A DNA stretch of 64,000 nucleotides from Crocinitomicaceae bacterium (GTDB lineage: Bacteria; Bacteroidota; Bacteroidia; Flavobacteriales_D; Crocinitomicaceae). Positions 55,577 through 64,000 of the stretch are shown here, in pieces. The notes under the pieces are model-generated. The model did not search any database and was not told the DNA's origin. It saw only the letters and a program-made list of their open reading frames with translations. Location of the stretch: the NCBI GenBank assembly GCA_044374225.1, contig JBILOX010000006.1, positions 12,861 to 76,860 of the forward strand, given 5' to 3'. How positions within the stretch are numbered: position 1 is the first letter of the stretch; each line of letters begins with the position of its first letter. The position numbers and the translations under genes are program-made.

Positions 55577-55608
55577 ATTGCAGATTGAATTAATACTTAA
55601 TCTGCAAT
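55577..55608 (+). terminator. Hairpin after gcvP within a gattgca-type low-complexity tract
   Basis: attgcagatt-N12-aatctgcaat (10-bp stem), with no strong T-run. Confidence 0.45.
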
Positions 55609-55641
55609 TTGTAATCTGCAATCATTTAATTTTAATAAACT

Positions 55642-56358
55642 ATGAAACTCGACATCCTAGCCATTGCAGCACATCCAGACGACGTTGAATTATCAGCTTC
55701 GGGAACACTTATGCGCTATGTTGCGGAAGGAAAAAAAGTTGGGATTATTGATTTAACAGAAGGTGAATTAGGAACAAGAGGTACAGTCGAAACACGCTAT
55801 GAAGAAGCTGCAGATGCATCCAAAATTATGGGTTTATCAGCACGTGAAAACTTACGAATGCCCGATGGTTTTTTTGAAGACAATGCAGAAAACAAACGCT
55901 TAATCATTGAACAAATTCGTAAGTATCAGCCAGAAATTGTTTTGGCAAATAGTGTAACCGACCGTCACCCAGATCATGGAAGAGCTGGAAAATTAATCGA
56001 AGACGCTTGTTTTTTAGCAGGTTTACGCAAAATCGAAACAAGTTTGGAAGGACAAGAACAACTTCCACATCGTCCGCGTTTGGTAGCACATTACATTCAA
56101 GATTTTTATTTGGAGCCGGACTTCGTAATTGATGTTTCGCTTTTTGTTGAGCGTAAAATCGAAGTCATAAAAGCATTTAAAACGCAATTCTACGACCCAA
56201 ATAGTCCAGAGCCAAACACACCAATTTCTGGTGAAGAGTTCTTCGATTTCATCAAAGGTAGAATGCTCAATATGGGACGACCAGCTGGAATGAAATATGC
56301 TGAAGGTTTTACTGTTTCAAGAGTGTTTGGTGTGAAGGATTTGTTTGGGGTTGTTTAA
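55642..56358 (+). CDS. bshB1: PIG-L/LmbE-family deacetylase, bacillithiol biosynthesis BshB1-like
   Basis: 238 aa. AHPDDVELSASGT and HPDH motifs. Confidence 0.7.
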   Translation: MKLDILAIAAHPDDVELSASGTLMRYVAEGKKVGIIDLTEGELGTRGTVETRYEEAADASKIMGLSARENLRMPDGFFEDNAENKRLIIEQIRKYQPEIVLANSVTDRHPDHGRAGKLIEDACFLAGLRKIETSLEGQEQLPHRPRLVAHYIQDFYLEPDFVIDVSLFVERKIEVIKAFKTQFYDPNSPEPNTPISGEEFFDFIKGRMLNMGRPAGMKYAEGFTVSRVFGVKDLFGVV

Positions 56359-56406
56359 TTCTGATAAAAATTCTTAATTAAATTTCCCATTTCGGTAACT
56401 TTATTT

Positions 56407-56414
56407 TATATTTG
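56407..56414 (+). promoter_or_regulatory. Candidate -7 box (TATATTTG) for higBA
   Basis: Matches TAnnTTTG and lies 14 nt upstream of the TTG start at 56429. Confidence 0.4.
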
Positions 56415-56428
56415 ATAAAATTTTTCAA

Positions 56429-56722
56429 TTGAGAATAATTGCAAAGAAAATACTAAGAGATTTTTGGATTAAACACAATGATTCAGAACAGCAACTCAAA
56501 TCTTGGTTTAAAGAAATTGGAAAAGTTGAATGGGAAACACCTAATGAAATAAAACACGATTATCCAAGTGCAAGTATTTTGAATGAAAACCGTGTTGTTT
56601 TTAATATAAAAGGAAATAAATATAGGTTAATTGTAAAAATTAATTTTGAATATAAAATGGTTTGGATTAGGTTCATTGGAACTCATTCTGAATATGATAA
56701 AATAAATGCAAACACAATTTAA
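56429..56722 (+). CDS. higB: Type II toxin HigB (mRNA interferase) family
   Basis: 97 aa. ILRDFW...W...P.E.K...PSASIL.ENRVVFNIKGNKYRLIV.I.F....V.IRFIGTH.EYDKI is the typical HigB_toxin pattern. Confidence 0.8.
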   Translation: MRIIAKKILRDFWIKHNDSEQQLKSWFKEIGKVEWETPNEIKHDYPSASILNENRVVFNIKGNKYRLIVKINFEYKMVWIRFIGTHSEYDKINANTI

Positions 56723-56723
56723 G

Positions 56724-57080
56724 ATGAATATTCACCTTATTAAAACAGAAGAAAATTATAATCAAGCTTTAAAAAGATTGGATGAGATTTTTGATGCAAA
56801 AAAAGGAACTGAAGAAGGTGATGAACTTGAACTTCTAGGTTTATTAATTGAACAGTATGAAAATGAACATTTTCCAATTGAATTACCCGACCCTATTGAT
56901 GCTATCAAATTTAGAATGGAACAGTTAGGATATAATCAAAATGATTTAGCTAAAATTATTGGTTTTAAAAGTAGAGCAAGTGAAATTCTAAATAAAAAAA
57001 GAAAGCTGTCTTTAGAAATGATAAGGTTAATTCATACTAGTTTAAACATTCCAACTGACGTTTTAATTCAAAGCTATTAA
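56724..57080 (+). CDS. higA: Type II antitoxin HigA (XRE-HTH) family
   Basis: The start is set at the ATG at 56724, 1 nt after the higB stop. C-terminal HTH NQNDLAKIIGFKSRASEILNKKRKLSLEMIRLI. Confidence 0.8.
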   Translation: MNIHLIKTEENYNQALKRLDEIFDAKKGTEEGDELELLGLLIEQYENEHFPIELPDPIDAIKFRMEQLGYNQNDLAKIIGFKSRASEILNKKRKLSLEMIRLIHTSLNIPTDVLIQSY

Positions 57081-57178
57081 ATTCATAAAATGAAATAAGC
57101 CATAGTGTGATTCGTCACAATAAAGGATGAATTTAATTGGCGATTGCATATGACTATTGAAAAAATAATTAAACACAT

Positions 57179-57973
57179 ATGAAACAATACCACGATTTAT
57201 TACAACATATATTAGATAAAGGTGTAACGAAAGAAGACCGCACAGGAACGGGAACGATTTCTGTTTTTGGTTACCAAATGCGCTTTGACTTGAATGAAGG
57301 TTTTCCTGCATTGACAACTAAAAAACTACATCTACGTTCGATTATTCACGAATTGTTGTGGTTTTTAAAAGGCGATACCAACATCCAATATTTGAAAGAT
57401 AACAATGTTTCAATTTGGGACGAATGGGCAGATGAAAATGGAAATTTAGGTCCAGTTTACGGATCGCAATGGAGAAGTTGGCCTACAGCTGATGGACGTC
57501 ACATCGACCAAATCAAAAAAGTAGTTGATCAACTTAAAAATAATCCTGATTCACGACGTATCATTGTTTCTGCTTGGAATGTAGGTGAAATTGAGAATAT
57601 GAAATTGCCTCCTTGCCACGCCTTTTTTCAGTTTTATGTTGCCGAAGGAAAATTGAGTTGCCAATTGTATCAACGCAGTGCCGATACATTTTTAGGTGTT
57701 CCCTTCAACATTGCATCTTATGCTTTATTGACGATAATGATGGCGCAAGTTTGTGGTTTACAACCTGGAGATTTCGTTCACACATTGGGCGATGCGCATT
57801 TGTATTCCAACCATTTGGAGCAGGCACGTTTACAATTGACCCGTGATTTCAGACCTTTACCAACTATGAAAATCAATCCTGAAGTGAAAGATATTTTTGA
57901 CTTTAAATTTGAAGATTTTGAATTAGTAGGTTACGACCCGCATCCACACATTAAAGCAGCCGTAGCCGTTTAA
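57179..57973 (+). CDS. thyA: Thymidylate synthase
   Basis: 264 aa. EDRTGTGT, active-site [11 protein letters not shown] and [18 protein letters not shown]. Confidence 0.97.
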   Translation: MKQYHDLLQHILDKGVTKEDRTGTGTISVFGYQMRFDLNEGFPALTTKKLHLRSIIHELLWFLKGDTNIQYLKDNNVSIWDEWADENGNLGPVYGSQWRSWPTADGRHIDQIKKVVDQLKNNPDSRRIIVSAWNVGEIENMKLPPCHAFFQFYVAEGKLSCQLYQRSADTFLGVPFNIASYALLTIMMAQVCGLQPGDFVHTLGDAHLYSNHLEQARLQLTRDFRPLPTMKINPEVKDIFDFKFEDFELVGYDPHPHIKAAVAV

Positions 57974-57977
57974 GAAT

Positions 57978-58484
57978 ATGAAAGTAGCACTAATTGTGGC
58001 AATGGATGCCGAAAGAGGAATCGGAAAAAACAACGATTTAATGTGGCATTTGCCCGCCGATATGCGATTTTTTAAAGAAACGACTAAAGAACATATCGTA
58101 GTTATGGGACGAAGAAATTACGATTCCATTCCAGAAAAATACCGTCCTCTTGCAAATCGTTTGAATGTAATTTTAACGCGTAATCAAACCTTAGAAGCAC
58201 CAAACTGTTTGATTTTCCATTCCTTAGAAGACTGTTTAAATGCCTTTCAAAATGAAACCGAACGCACTGTTTTCATCATTGGTGGCGGAGAAATTTACAA
58301 AATGGCCTTGGAATTAGATTGCCTAAACGAACTATATATCACCTATGTTCAAGGAGTTTTTGGTGCTGATACTTTTTTTCCAACATTTGATGAAAGCCAA
58401 TGGGAACAATCGATTTTAGGTCATCAAGCGCCTGATGAAAAACACTCGCACGGTTTTGTGATTATGAAATACACCAAGGATTAA
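57978..58484 (+). CDS. folA: Dihydrofolate reductase
   Basis: 168 aa. IVAMDAERGIGKNNDLMWHLPADMRFFKETT and IGGGEIY. Confidence 0.95.
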   Translation: MKVALIVAMDAERGIGKNNDLMWHLPADMRFFKETTKEHIVVMGRRNYDSIPEKYRPLANRLNVILTRNQTLEAPNCLIFHSLEDCLNAFQNETERTVFIIGGGEIYKMALELDCLNELYITYVQGVFGADTFFPTFDESQWEQSILGHQAPDEKHSHGFVIMKYTKD

Positions 58485-58589
58485 AATTAATTTATTTCAG
58501 TCATTGCTATTTTACTAAACTCCCTTTAACCCAAAATTCAATAAAACTCACGGATATTCCAATATTCGATTCCTTTTGAATTCGATATA

Positions 58590-58668
58590 GGAGTTTCATC
58601 CATGCCCTAATTAATGAAAATGTTAAATTTTGAAGTAACGATGAAAAATGGGTTTTGCAACGGTCTTA
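58590..58668 (+). repeat. Right-half copy of MITE-like family B
   Basis: ggagtt...ccctaattaatgaaaatgttaaattttgaagtaacgatgaaaaatgggttttgcaacggtctta aligns with 32224-32295. The left half (taagactgtttcaaaag) is absent. Confidence 0.75.
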
Positions 58669-58886
58669 TCTCATTTATATACTGAATTTGGAAGGGTAAA
58701 ATTGCATTTCGCATTCCGATATCTTCAAAGTAAAATTTTTTACCAATTTCAAAGATTTTTTTACCGTGAATATCGGCCCGACGAACTCCATCAATAAACT
58801 TGAATCTCGATCAAGAATTTCATCTTTGATTTTATTCTCTCTTAAAATCAATCCCTCTTTTACATTAACTTCGCAAAAAAAATTAA

Positions 58887-59972
58887 ATGTCAGAAAAATT
58901 CCGCACCATTTGGACCACAAGCGACGGATTCGTTGAAGTAATCGACCAACGTCAGCTACCACATAACTTAGTAACTGTTAAATTATTAACTTACAAGGAT
59001 GCAGAAATCGCTATAAAAAATATGACCGTTCGTGGTGCACCTTTAATTGGAGCAACTGCAGCTTATGGTATTTACTTGGCAACGCGAGAAATGGCTGAAA
59101 AACAACTTGAAGCCGACTTTTTAAATCAAGCTTTTGAAGATTTACGCAATTCTCGACCAACTGCTGTCAACTTGTTTTGGGCTTTGGATAAAATGAAAAA
59201 AGCACTTGAATCAACTCCTGATTTAGTGAAAACTGCTTGGGAAGAAGCGGGAAAAATCGTAGATGAAGATATTGAAACGTGTCGTATGATTGGCGTACAC
59301 GGACTTCCTATTATTGAAGAAATTTCGAAACGCAAAAACGGCGAAGTTGTAAATATTTTAACACACTGCAACGCAGGAATGTTAGGCTGTATCGAATGGG
59401 GAACCATCACCTCCCCTATTTATCAAGCGCAAGAAAAAGGGATTAAAGTACACGTTTGGGTTGACGAAACACGACCGCGCAATCAAGGTTCAAATTTGAC
59501 TGCTTATGAATTAACACGTCACGGAATCGACCATACGTTAGTTGTTGATAACACGGGCGGACATTTAATGCAACACGGTTTGGTGGATATGGTAATCGTT
59601 GGAACCGATCGAACAACAAGAAATGGAGATGTGGCAAATAAAATTGGAACTTACTTAAAAGCTTTGGCTGCAAAAGACAATGAAATTCCTTTTTATGTTG
59701 CTTTGCCAAGTACGACATTAGATATGACGATTCGCGATGGTTTGAAAGAAATTCCGATTGAAGAACGCGATCAAAACGAAGTGAAATACATTCAAGGAAA
59801 ACGTTCTGATGGTCAAATTGATAGCGTTTTGATTTGCCCTGAAACTACCAAAGCTAGCAATTATGGTTTTGATGTTACCCCAGCGCGTCTAGTCACTGCA
59901 TTGATTACAGAAAGAGGTGTTTGTGAGGCCAACGAAGCTGGAATTGTTTCACTTTTCCCTGAATATAAATAA
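58887..59972 (+). CDS. mtnA: S-methyl-5-thioribose-1-phosphate isomerase
   Basis: 361 aa. IDQRQLPH, MTVRGAPLIGATAAYG, THCNAG and GTDR...NGDVANKIGTY are typical of MtnA/eIF-2B-like isomerases. Confidence 0.85.
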   Translation: MSEKFRTIWTTSDGFVEVIDQRQLPHNLVTVKLLTYKDAEIAIKNMTVRGAPLIGATAAYGIYLATREMAEKQLEADFLNQAFEDLRNSRPTAVNLFWALDKMKKALESTPDLVKTAWEEAGKIVDEDIETCRMIGVHGLPIIEEISKRKNGEVVNILTHCNAGMLGCIEWGTITSPIYQAQEKGIKVHVWVDETRPRNQGSNLTAYELTRHGIDHTLVVDNTGGHLMQHGLVDMVIVGTDRTTRNGDVANKIGTYLKALAAKDNEIPFYVALPSTTLDMTIRDGLKEIPIEERDQNEVKYIQGKRSDGQIDSVLICPETTKASNYGFDVTPARLVTALITERGVCEANEAGIVSLFPEYK

Positions 59973-59973
59973 G

Positions 59974-61350
59974 ATGAAAATACATTTTCTATTCATTTTT
60001 CTCGTTTTTGCCAATTGGAGTTTCTCGCAAATTACGGGTGTTTGGCATACCTCGTTCACAGTTGCAGGAACAAATAATCGAATGGATTTATACATAGATG
60101 GTATCGGAAGAGATGGAACTTTAAAAATTGGCTTACCTGACGTTGCTGATTTTGAACCTAAATTGATGGAGGATGCAATAATTTTAAAAGAAAACTTAGA
60201 GTTTTCTTGGCAGACATTAGCTTTGAAATACAAAGGAAAATATTCCTCGAAAGGAGATTCTATTTATGGTATTATGTCGCAATCAGGCTTAGAATGGGAC
60301 GTTACTTTCAAACGAGAAGAACAAGTTTTAAAGAAAACGATTCGTCCACAAGAACCAAAAGCGCCATTTGATTACACTGTTGAAGAATTGATTATCACCA
60401 ACGGAAAATTCAATATTGGAGCGACTTTAACGGCACCAAAAAATGTAAAAAACTTTCCAATCGTTGTACTTGCATCCGGATCAGGTCCACAAAATCGCGA
60501 TTGTGAAATTATGGGTCACAAACCTTTTTGGGTAATTGCTGATTATTTAACTAAGAATGGAATTGGCGTGCTTCGCTTTGATGATCGTGGAACAGGAAAA
60601 AGTACTGCTGATTATTCGAAAGCAAATCTCGAAGATTTTTCGAGTGATGTAGAGGCTTGTTATAAATTTCTTCGCAGAAAATACAAGAAAAATAAAATTG
60701 GTCTAGCAGGACATTCGGAAGGCGGAATGCACACTTTAATTGCAACGACTCAACTCAAAAAGGTAGATTTTTTAATTCAATTGGCAGCAGTTGGAACAAA
60801 TGGACGAGACGTTTTAGTGGAGCAACAATACTTGATTCCACTAAAAAATGGTCAAGCGGAAGAATTAGCAAAATGGAACAGCGCAACTTATGACACCTTG
60901 ACAAAGCTATTAATTCAAACTCCGAAAGAAGATTTTGCAAATCAAGTAATTGCTTTTGTGGAACGAAATTTTGAATCAATTCCAAGTGAATTAAAGGAAA
61001 AAGCAACGAAACAAGAATTTTTAAATGGGTACATTTCCTTTTTGGATAATACCTGGGCACGTGGATTTATGACCTTCAATTCAAGCGTTTATCTTCAAAA
61101 AATCAACTGTCCGATTTTAGTTATTAATGGCTCGGAAGATATTCAAGTGCCACCACTAAAAAATCAAGAAGGCTTTAGAACTAACCTCTCTGAAAAAAGT
61201 AAATTGAAATCAAAAATTGTACTTTTACCTGGCTTGAATCATTTATTTCAGACGTGTAAAAAATGTAGTATTTTAGAATATGGCGATTTGGAAGAAACAG
61301 TTTCTCCTAAAGTCTTAAATGAGATAGTTAGTTGGATTAAAGGAGTTTAA
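59974..61350 (+). CDS. Secreted alpha/beta-hydrolase family protein
   Basis: The start is set at the ATG at 59974 (MKIHFLFIFLVFANWSFSQ signal peptide), 1 nt after the mtnA stop. Nucleophile elbow GHSEGG. Confidence 0.8.
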   Translation: MKIHFLFIFLVFANWSFSQITGVWHTSFTVAGTNNRMDLYIDGIGRDGTLKIGLPDVADFEPKLMEDAIILKENLEFSWQTLALKYKGKYSSKGDSIYGIMSQSGLEWDVTFKREEQVLKKTIRPQEPKAPFDYTVEELIITNGKFNIGATLTAPKNVKNFPIVVLASGSGPQNRDCEIMGHKPFWVIADYLTKNGIGVLRFDDRGTGKSTADYSKANLEDFSSDVEACYKFLRRKYKKNKIGLAGHSEGGMHTLIATTQLKKVDFLIQLAAVGTNGRDVLVEQQYLIPLKNGQAEELAKWNSATYDTLTKLLIQTPKEDFANQVIAFVERNFESIPSELKEKATKQEFLNGYISFLDNTWARGFMTFNSSVYLQKINCPILVINGSEDIQVPPLKNQEGFRTNLSEKSKLKSKIVLLPGLNHLFQTCKKCSILEYGDLEETVSPKVLNEIVSWIKGV

Positions 61351-61534
61351 ATCAATAATTTTTTACCCACGAAAAATGTTCTTCAATAATTGACTCTTTT
61401 TCCGAATTGACGAAATCAATAAATGCTTGTGCAATTGAAAATTATGCAGTTTTCAATACAACAGTGATTCTTTGAAACCCATTTATAATTTTATAATTCT
61501 AAGTTAAATAATTACAAATCACCCGTGTTTCATT

Positions 61535-61542
61535 TAACTTTG
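61535..61542 (+). promoter_or_regulatory. Candidate -7 box (TAACTTTG) for the histidine kinase gene
   Basis: Matches TAnnTTTG and lies 5 nt upstream of the ATG at 61548. Confidence 0.45.
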
Positions 61543-61547
61543 CGCTG

Positions 61548-62888
61548 ATGAATAATAAAACCATTAATGCAGTAGTAATTTTAGGCGTACTTTCCTTGAT
61601 AAGTATTTTATTTGTCCAGCTTGTTTGGGTGAGTAAAACCATGGAAATGCAAGCGAAAAATATCGCCATCCAAGAAAAAGAGGACAGCCTAAACTTGAAA
61701 GAATTTTCGGAGCAAGCGCATATCGCTTTGACTAACGTTTTGGAAATAACCACCAAAAAAACAGATGACAAATCCGATTTATATGGCGCTGTAAAACAGT
61801 TGAGAACCAATCATTTCACCGTTGATATCAATCAAGAACTGCAACCATTTTACTTAGAAACTTTATTGAAGAAAGCACTTTACAATCAAAACATCCATCA
61901 AGATTTTGTGTACGGAATTTACGATTGTTTTACGGATACATTGATTTTTAGTAATCTCATAAAATTCTCAAAAGATTCGCTTTATGCACCAGTAAATGAA
62001 TCTATTCCTGGATTAACTTCTGCAAAATTACGACTGAAAAAAGATGGACATTACTTTACTGTTTTCTTTCCGAAAGTGAAGGCAAAATCAATTGAACCAA
62101 CCGTTTTTATTTCGCCTTGGATTTATATCTCGATTATAGTTGTTTTAGTATTAATTTTCTTTGCCTATAGCTTAACAATCATCATTCGCCAAAAACGACT
62201 TTCGGAAGTTAAAAACGACTTCATTAATAATATGACGCACGAGCTCAAAACACCGATTTCGACCATAAGTTTATCAAGTGAATTGCTTTTAAGAATGGAC
62301 GAAGAAAACAACATTGAAAAAGTACGTCGTTATGCAGGAATCATTTACAAAGAAAACAAACGCCTTGAAAATCAAGTAGAAAGAGTTTTAAATGTCGCTA
62401 AATTGGACAAAGACAAAGTAGTATTGAACAAAGAAAACTTTAACATTCATGAATTATTAGATGAAGTGAAAGACAATTTTGAGTTCAACCATTCCGAAGC
62501 TGGGGGTGAAATTGAATTATTAAAAAACGCAACTAATTTTTGTATTCAAGCAGATCCAGTTCATATCACAAATGTGGTTTATAATTTATTGGATAATGCG
62601 GTGAAATATTGCGCTGAAAAACCTAAAATTAAAATTACAACTCGTAATGAAAAGAGTGGTTTATCATTAGAAATAACTGATAATGGAATTGGTATGAAAC
62701 GCGAGCACAGTAAACTGATTTTTGATAAATTCTATCGAGTTCCAACTGGAAATCTTCACAATGTAAAAGGTTTTGGGCTTGGTTTATATTACGTTAAATT
62801 AATCGTTGAAGCACATCAAGGAAAAATCGACGTTAAAAGCACCGTTGGAAAAGGGACGACGTTTGTATTATTGTTTCCTTTGGGGTGA
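61548..62888 (+). CDS. Membrane sensor histidine kinase
   Basis: 446 aa. Two TM segments, H-box FINNMTHELKTPIST, N-box LLDNAVKY and G-boxes DNGIGM / GFGLGL. No cognate response regulator is present in the window. Confidence 0.9.
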   Translation: MNNKTINAVVILGVLSLISILFVQLVWVSKTMEMQAKNIAIQEKEDSLNLKEFSEQAHIALTNVLEITTKKTDDKSDLYGAVKQLRTNHFTVDINQELQPFYLETLLKKALYNQNIHQDFVYGIYDCFTDTLIFSNLIKFSKDSLYAPVNESIPGLTSAKLRLKKDGHYFTVFFPKVKAKSIEPTVFISPWIYISIIVVLVLIFFAYSLTIIIRQKRLSEVKNDFINNMTHELKTPISTISLSSELLLRMDEENNIEKVRRYAGIIYKENKRLENQVERVLNVAKLDKDKVVLNKENFNIHELLDEVKDNFEFNHSEAGGEIELLKNATNFCIQADPVHITNVVYNLLDNAVKYCAEKPKIKITTRNEKSGLSLEITDNGIGMKREHSKLIFDKFYRVPTGNLHNVKGFGLGLYYVKLIVEAHQGKIDVKSTVGKGTTFVLLFPLG

Positions 62889-63000
62889 GGGTAAATGATA
62901 GCGGTAAATTGACTTGATTTTGATCATTTTAGCTTCCTCCCTTGAGGGAGGATTAAGGAGGGTGACCACGTGATTATCAATTATTCAATGTATTATATCA

Positions 63001-63157
63001 ACTTACATACTAAATGACGCAATGGAAAATCCGTCTGGTATATTGCAAAGTTAGTTTTCTACAAGTATTTTTTTTATGACTTCGAAGCTACGAATGAAAA
63101 CAACTCCGGTATTAAATTTTTGCAAAGCCTCGATTAATGACTTTTGAAACAGTCTTA
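63001..63157 (-). repeat. Mosaic repeat: diverged family-A element fused to the left half of family B
   Basis: taaatgacgcaatggaaaatccgtctggtata...agttagttttc...gaaaacaactccggtat is a diverged family-A copy. It is followed directly by taaatttttgcaaagcctcgattaatgacttttgaaacagtctta, the reverse complement of the family-B left half (32173-32225). Confidence 0.8.
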
Positions 63158-63352
63158 TAATTTGATTATTTTAGCTATTTGTAAGCGGTTTAACAAAAGT
63201 TGAAAAGTGAGTAATATTCTTAATAATAGATCCAGTTTTCATTGCTAAAAGTTTCTACAATTCAACTACAACAAAAATTCAATATATTTCCACCTTTTAG
63301 CGAAAATAACTAGAAAAAATCATCCGAAAAAAGATAAAACCAAGAAAATTAT

Positions 63353-64000
63353 TTAATCGTTTTTTCCAGAACATACCAATTTCATTACTCGCCCAGAATT
63401 TTTGAATTTCAACAGATAGATTCCCCCAGAATTATTTATGAGTTCAAATTTGTTTTCTCCAATTTCGAGTTTACGTTCTTCGAGTTTTTGACCCAAATAA
63501 TTAAAGATTTCAAGCTCTTCTTTAATCGAAGATTTAATGGTTATTTCGTTTTCAAATGGATTTGGGAACACACTAATTTCAGGAACACTTTCAATTTCGT
63601 TGATTCCTAAATTGCTTCCTTCCCTATGTTCTAAATGGAAAATTCCACCTAAATCTTGTCCGACGAATAAATCTAATTTTCCGTTTGCATCAATATCAGT
63701 AACAGCACAAGCGCTGAAGGCCCCAATTTCTTTTTGGAGTCCAAGAAAATTAAAGGTTCTCAAACGAAAAGTTGAACCACTTGTTAAGTTTAAATCAATC
63801 GAATCATAAAAACGAATTGCTCCATCATAAGCTCCCAACATTAAATAAGTGGTGTCGTTGTAACTAAAAAAGTTTGGGATTGGAAAACCATCTGGATTTG
63901 TGGTTGCTACATCAATTCCTCCTAAATTGCTGTTTTGAAGCTCAAATAGCGGATTTGTACTCGTTCCAACGTTTTGATAATAAACAAGTTCTCCCGTTTT
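63353..64000 (-). CDS. FG-GAP/VCBS-like repeat protein with T9SS type A C-terminal sorting domain (5'-partial, N-terminus beyond window)
   Basis: The minus-strand frame stays open from 63841 to the window edge (...GELVYYQNVGTSTNPLFELQNSNLGGIDVATTNPDGFPIPNFFSYNDTTYLM...), so the ORF-track start is an artefact. The DIDANGKLDLFVGQDLGG motif is FG-GAP-like. The C-terminus ISVFPNPFENEITIKS...GIYLLKF is T9SS CTD-like. Confidence 0.85.
   Translation of the reverse strand, partial: KTGELVYYQNVGTSTNPLFELQNSNLGGIDVATTNPDGFPIPNFFSYNDTTYLMLGAYDGAIRFYDSIDLNLTSGSTFRLRTFNFLGLQKEIGAFSACAVTDIDANGKLDLFVGQDLGGIFHLEHREGSNLGINEIESVPEISVFPNPFENEITIKSSIKEELEIFNYLGQKLEERKLEIGENKFELINNSGGIYLLKFKNSGRVMKLVCSGKND

Noticed and set aside
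58675-58962. 95-aa minus-strand ORF between folA and mtnA
   Set aside because: It overlaps the mtnA start on the opposite strand, lies directly downstream of the family-B repeat fragment, and has no recognisable motif.
62935-62952. Hairpin tcctccc-ttga-gggagga after the histidine kinase gene as a terminator
   Set aside because: The 7-bp stem is real, but no T-run follows, and it lies next to a mosaic repeat. This is not enough to call a terminator.

Overview
This 64-kb window is from a low-GC Bacteroidota (Flavobacteriia-like) chromosome. The assignment is an inference from T9SS C-terminal sorting domains, TAnnTTTG -7 promoter boxes placed very close to start codons, and gene content. No rRNA, tRNA, CRISPR array, transposase or integrase gene was seen. 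Layout: (1) nt 2-11266 is the 3' part of a giant repetitive T9SS type-B surface protein whose 5' end lies outside the window. (2) A small core block follows, with glyQS and a cyclase-like gene. (3) nt ~16.1-30.3 kb is an accessory island in which every gene is on the + strand. It holds a tandem-HTH regulator, a PD-(D/E)xK-like protein, a 1142-aa T9SS cargo protein, an AAA+/DUF4143 ATPase, a HigA-like/AbiEii-like pair, a membrane-anchored CHAT protease and four small lipoproteins. (4) Core genes fill the rest: holA, rsmE, truA, an ilvEDBNCA operon with a candidate Ile/Val leader-peptide attenuator, fatty-acid/paa-like genes, lptD-like, an amidase, an MlaD-family gene, Fe-S oxidoreductase genes, gcvP, bshB1, a higBA insertion, thyA-folA, mtnA, a hydrolase, a histidine kinase and a second partial T9SS protein. 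The most unusual signal is in the non-coding DNA. The island's gene blocks are separated by several families of structured repeats: a 24-bp tandem half-site array ending in a perfect 35-nt palindrome (4 loci), a ~230-bp 3'-flank module carrying perfect hairpins of different sequence (3 loci), a conserved 55-nt 5'-leader motif (2-3 loci), and two MITE-like families that form mosaics. One of those MITE-like families is present as two 105/105-identical inverted copies 7.3 kb apart. All functional assignments are from reading the translations; no database searches were run.
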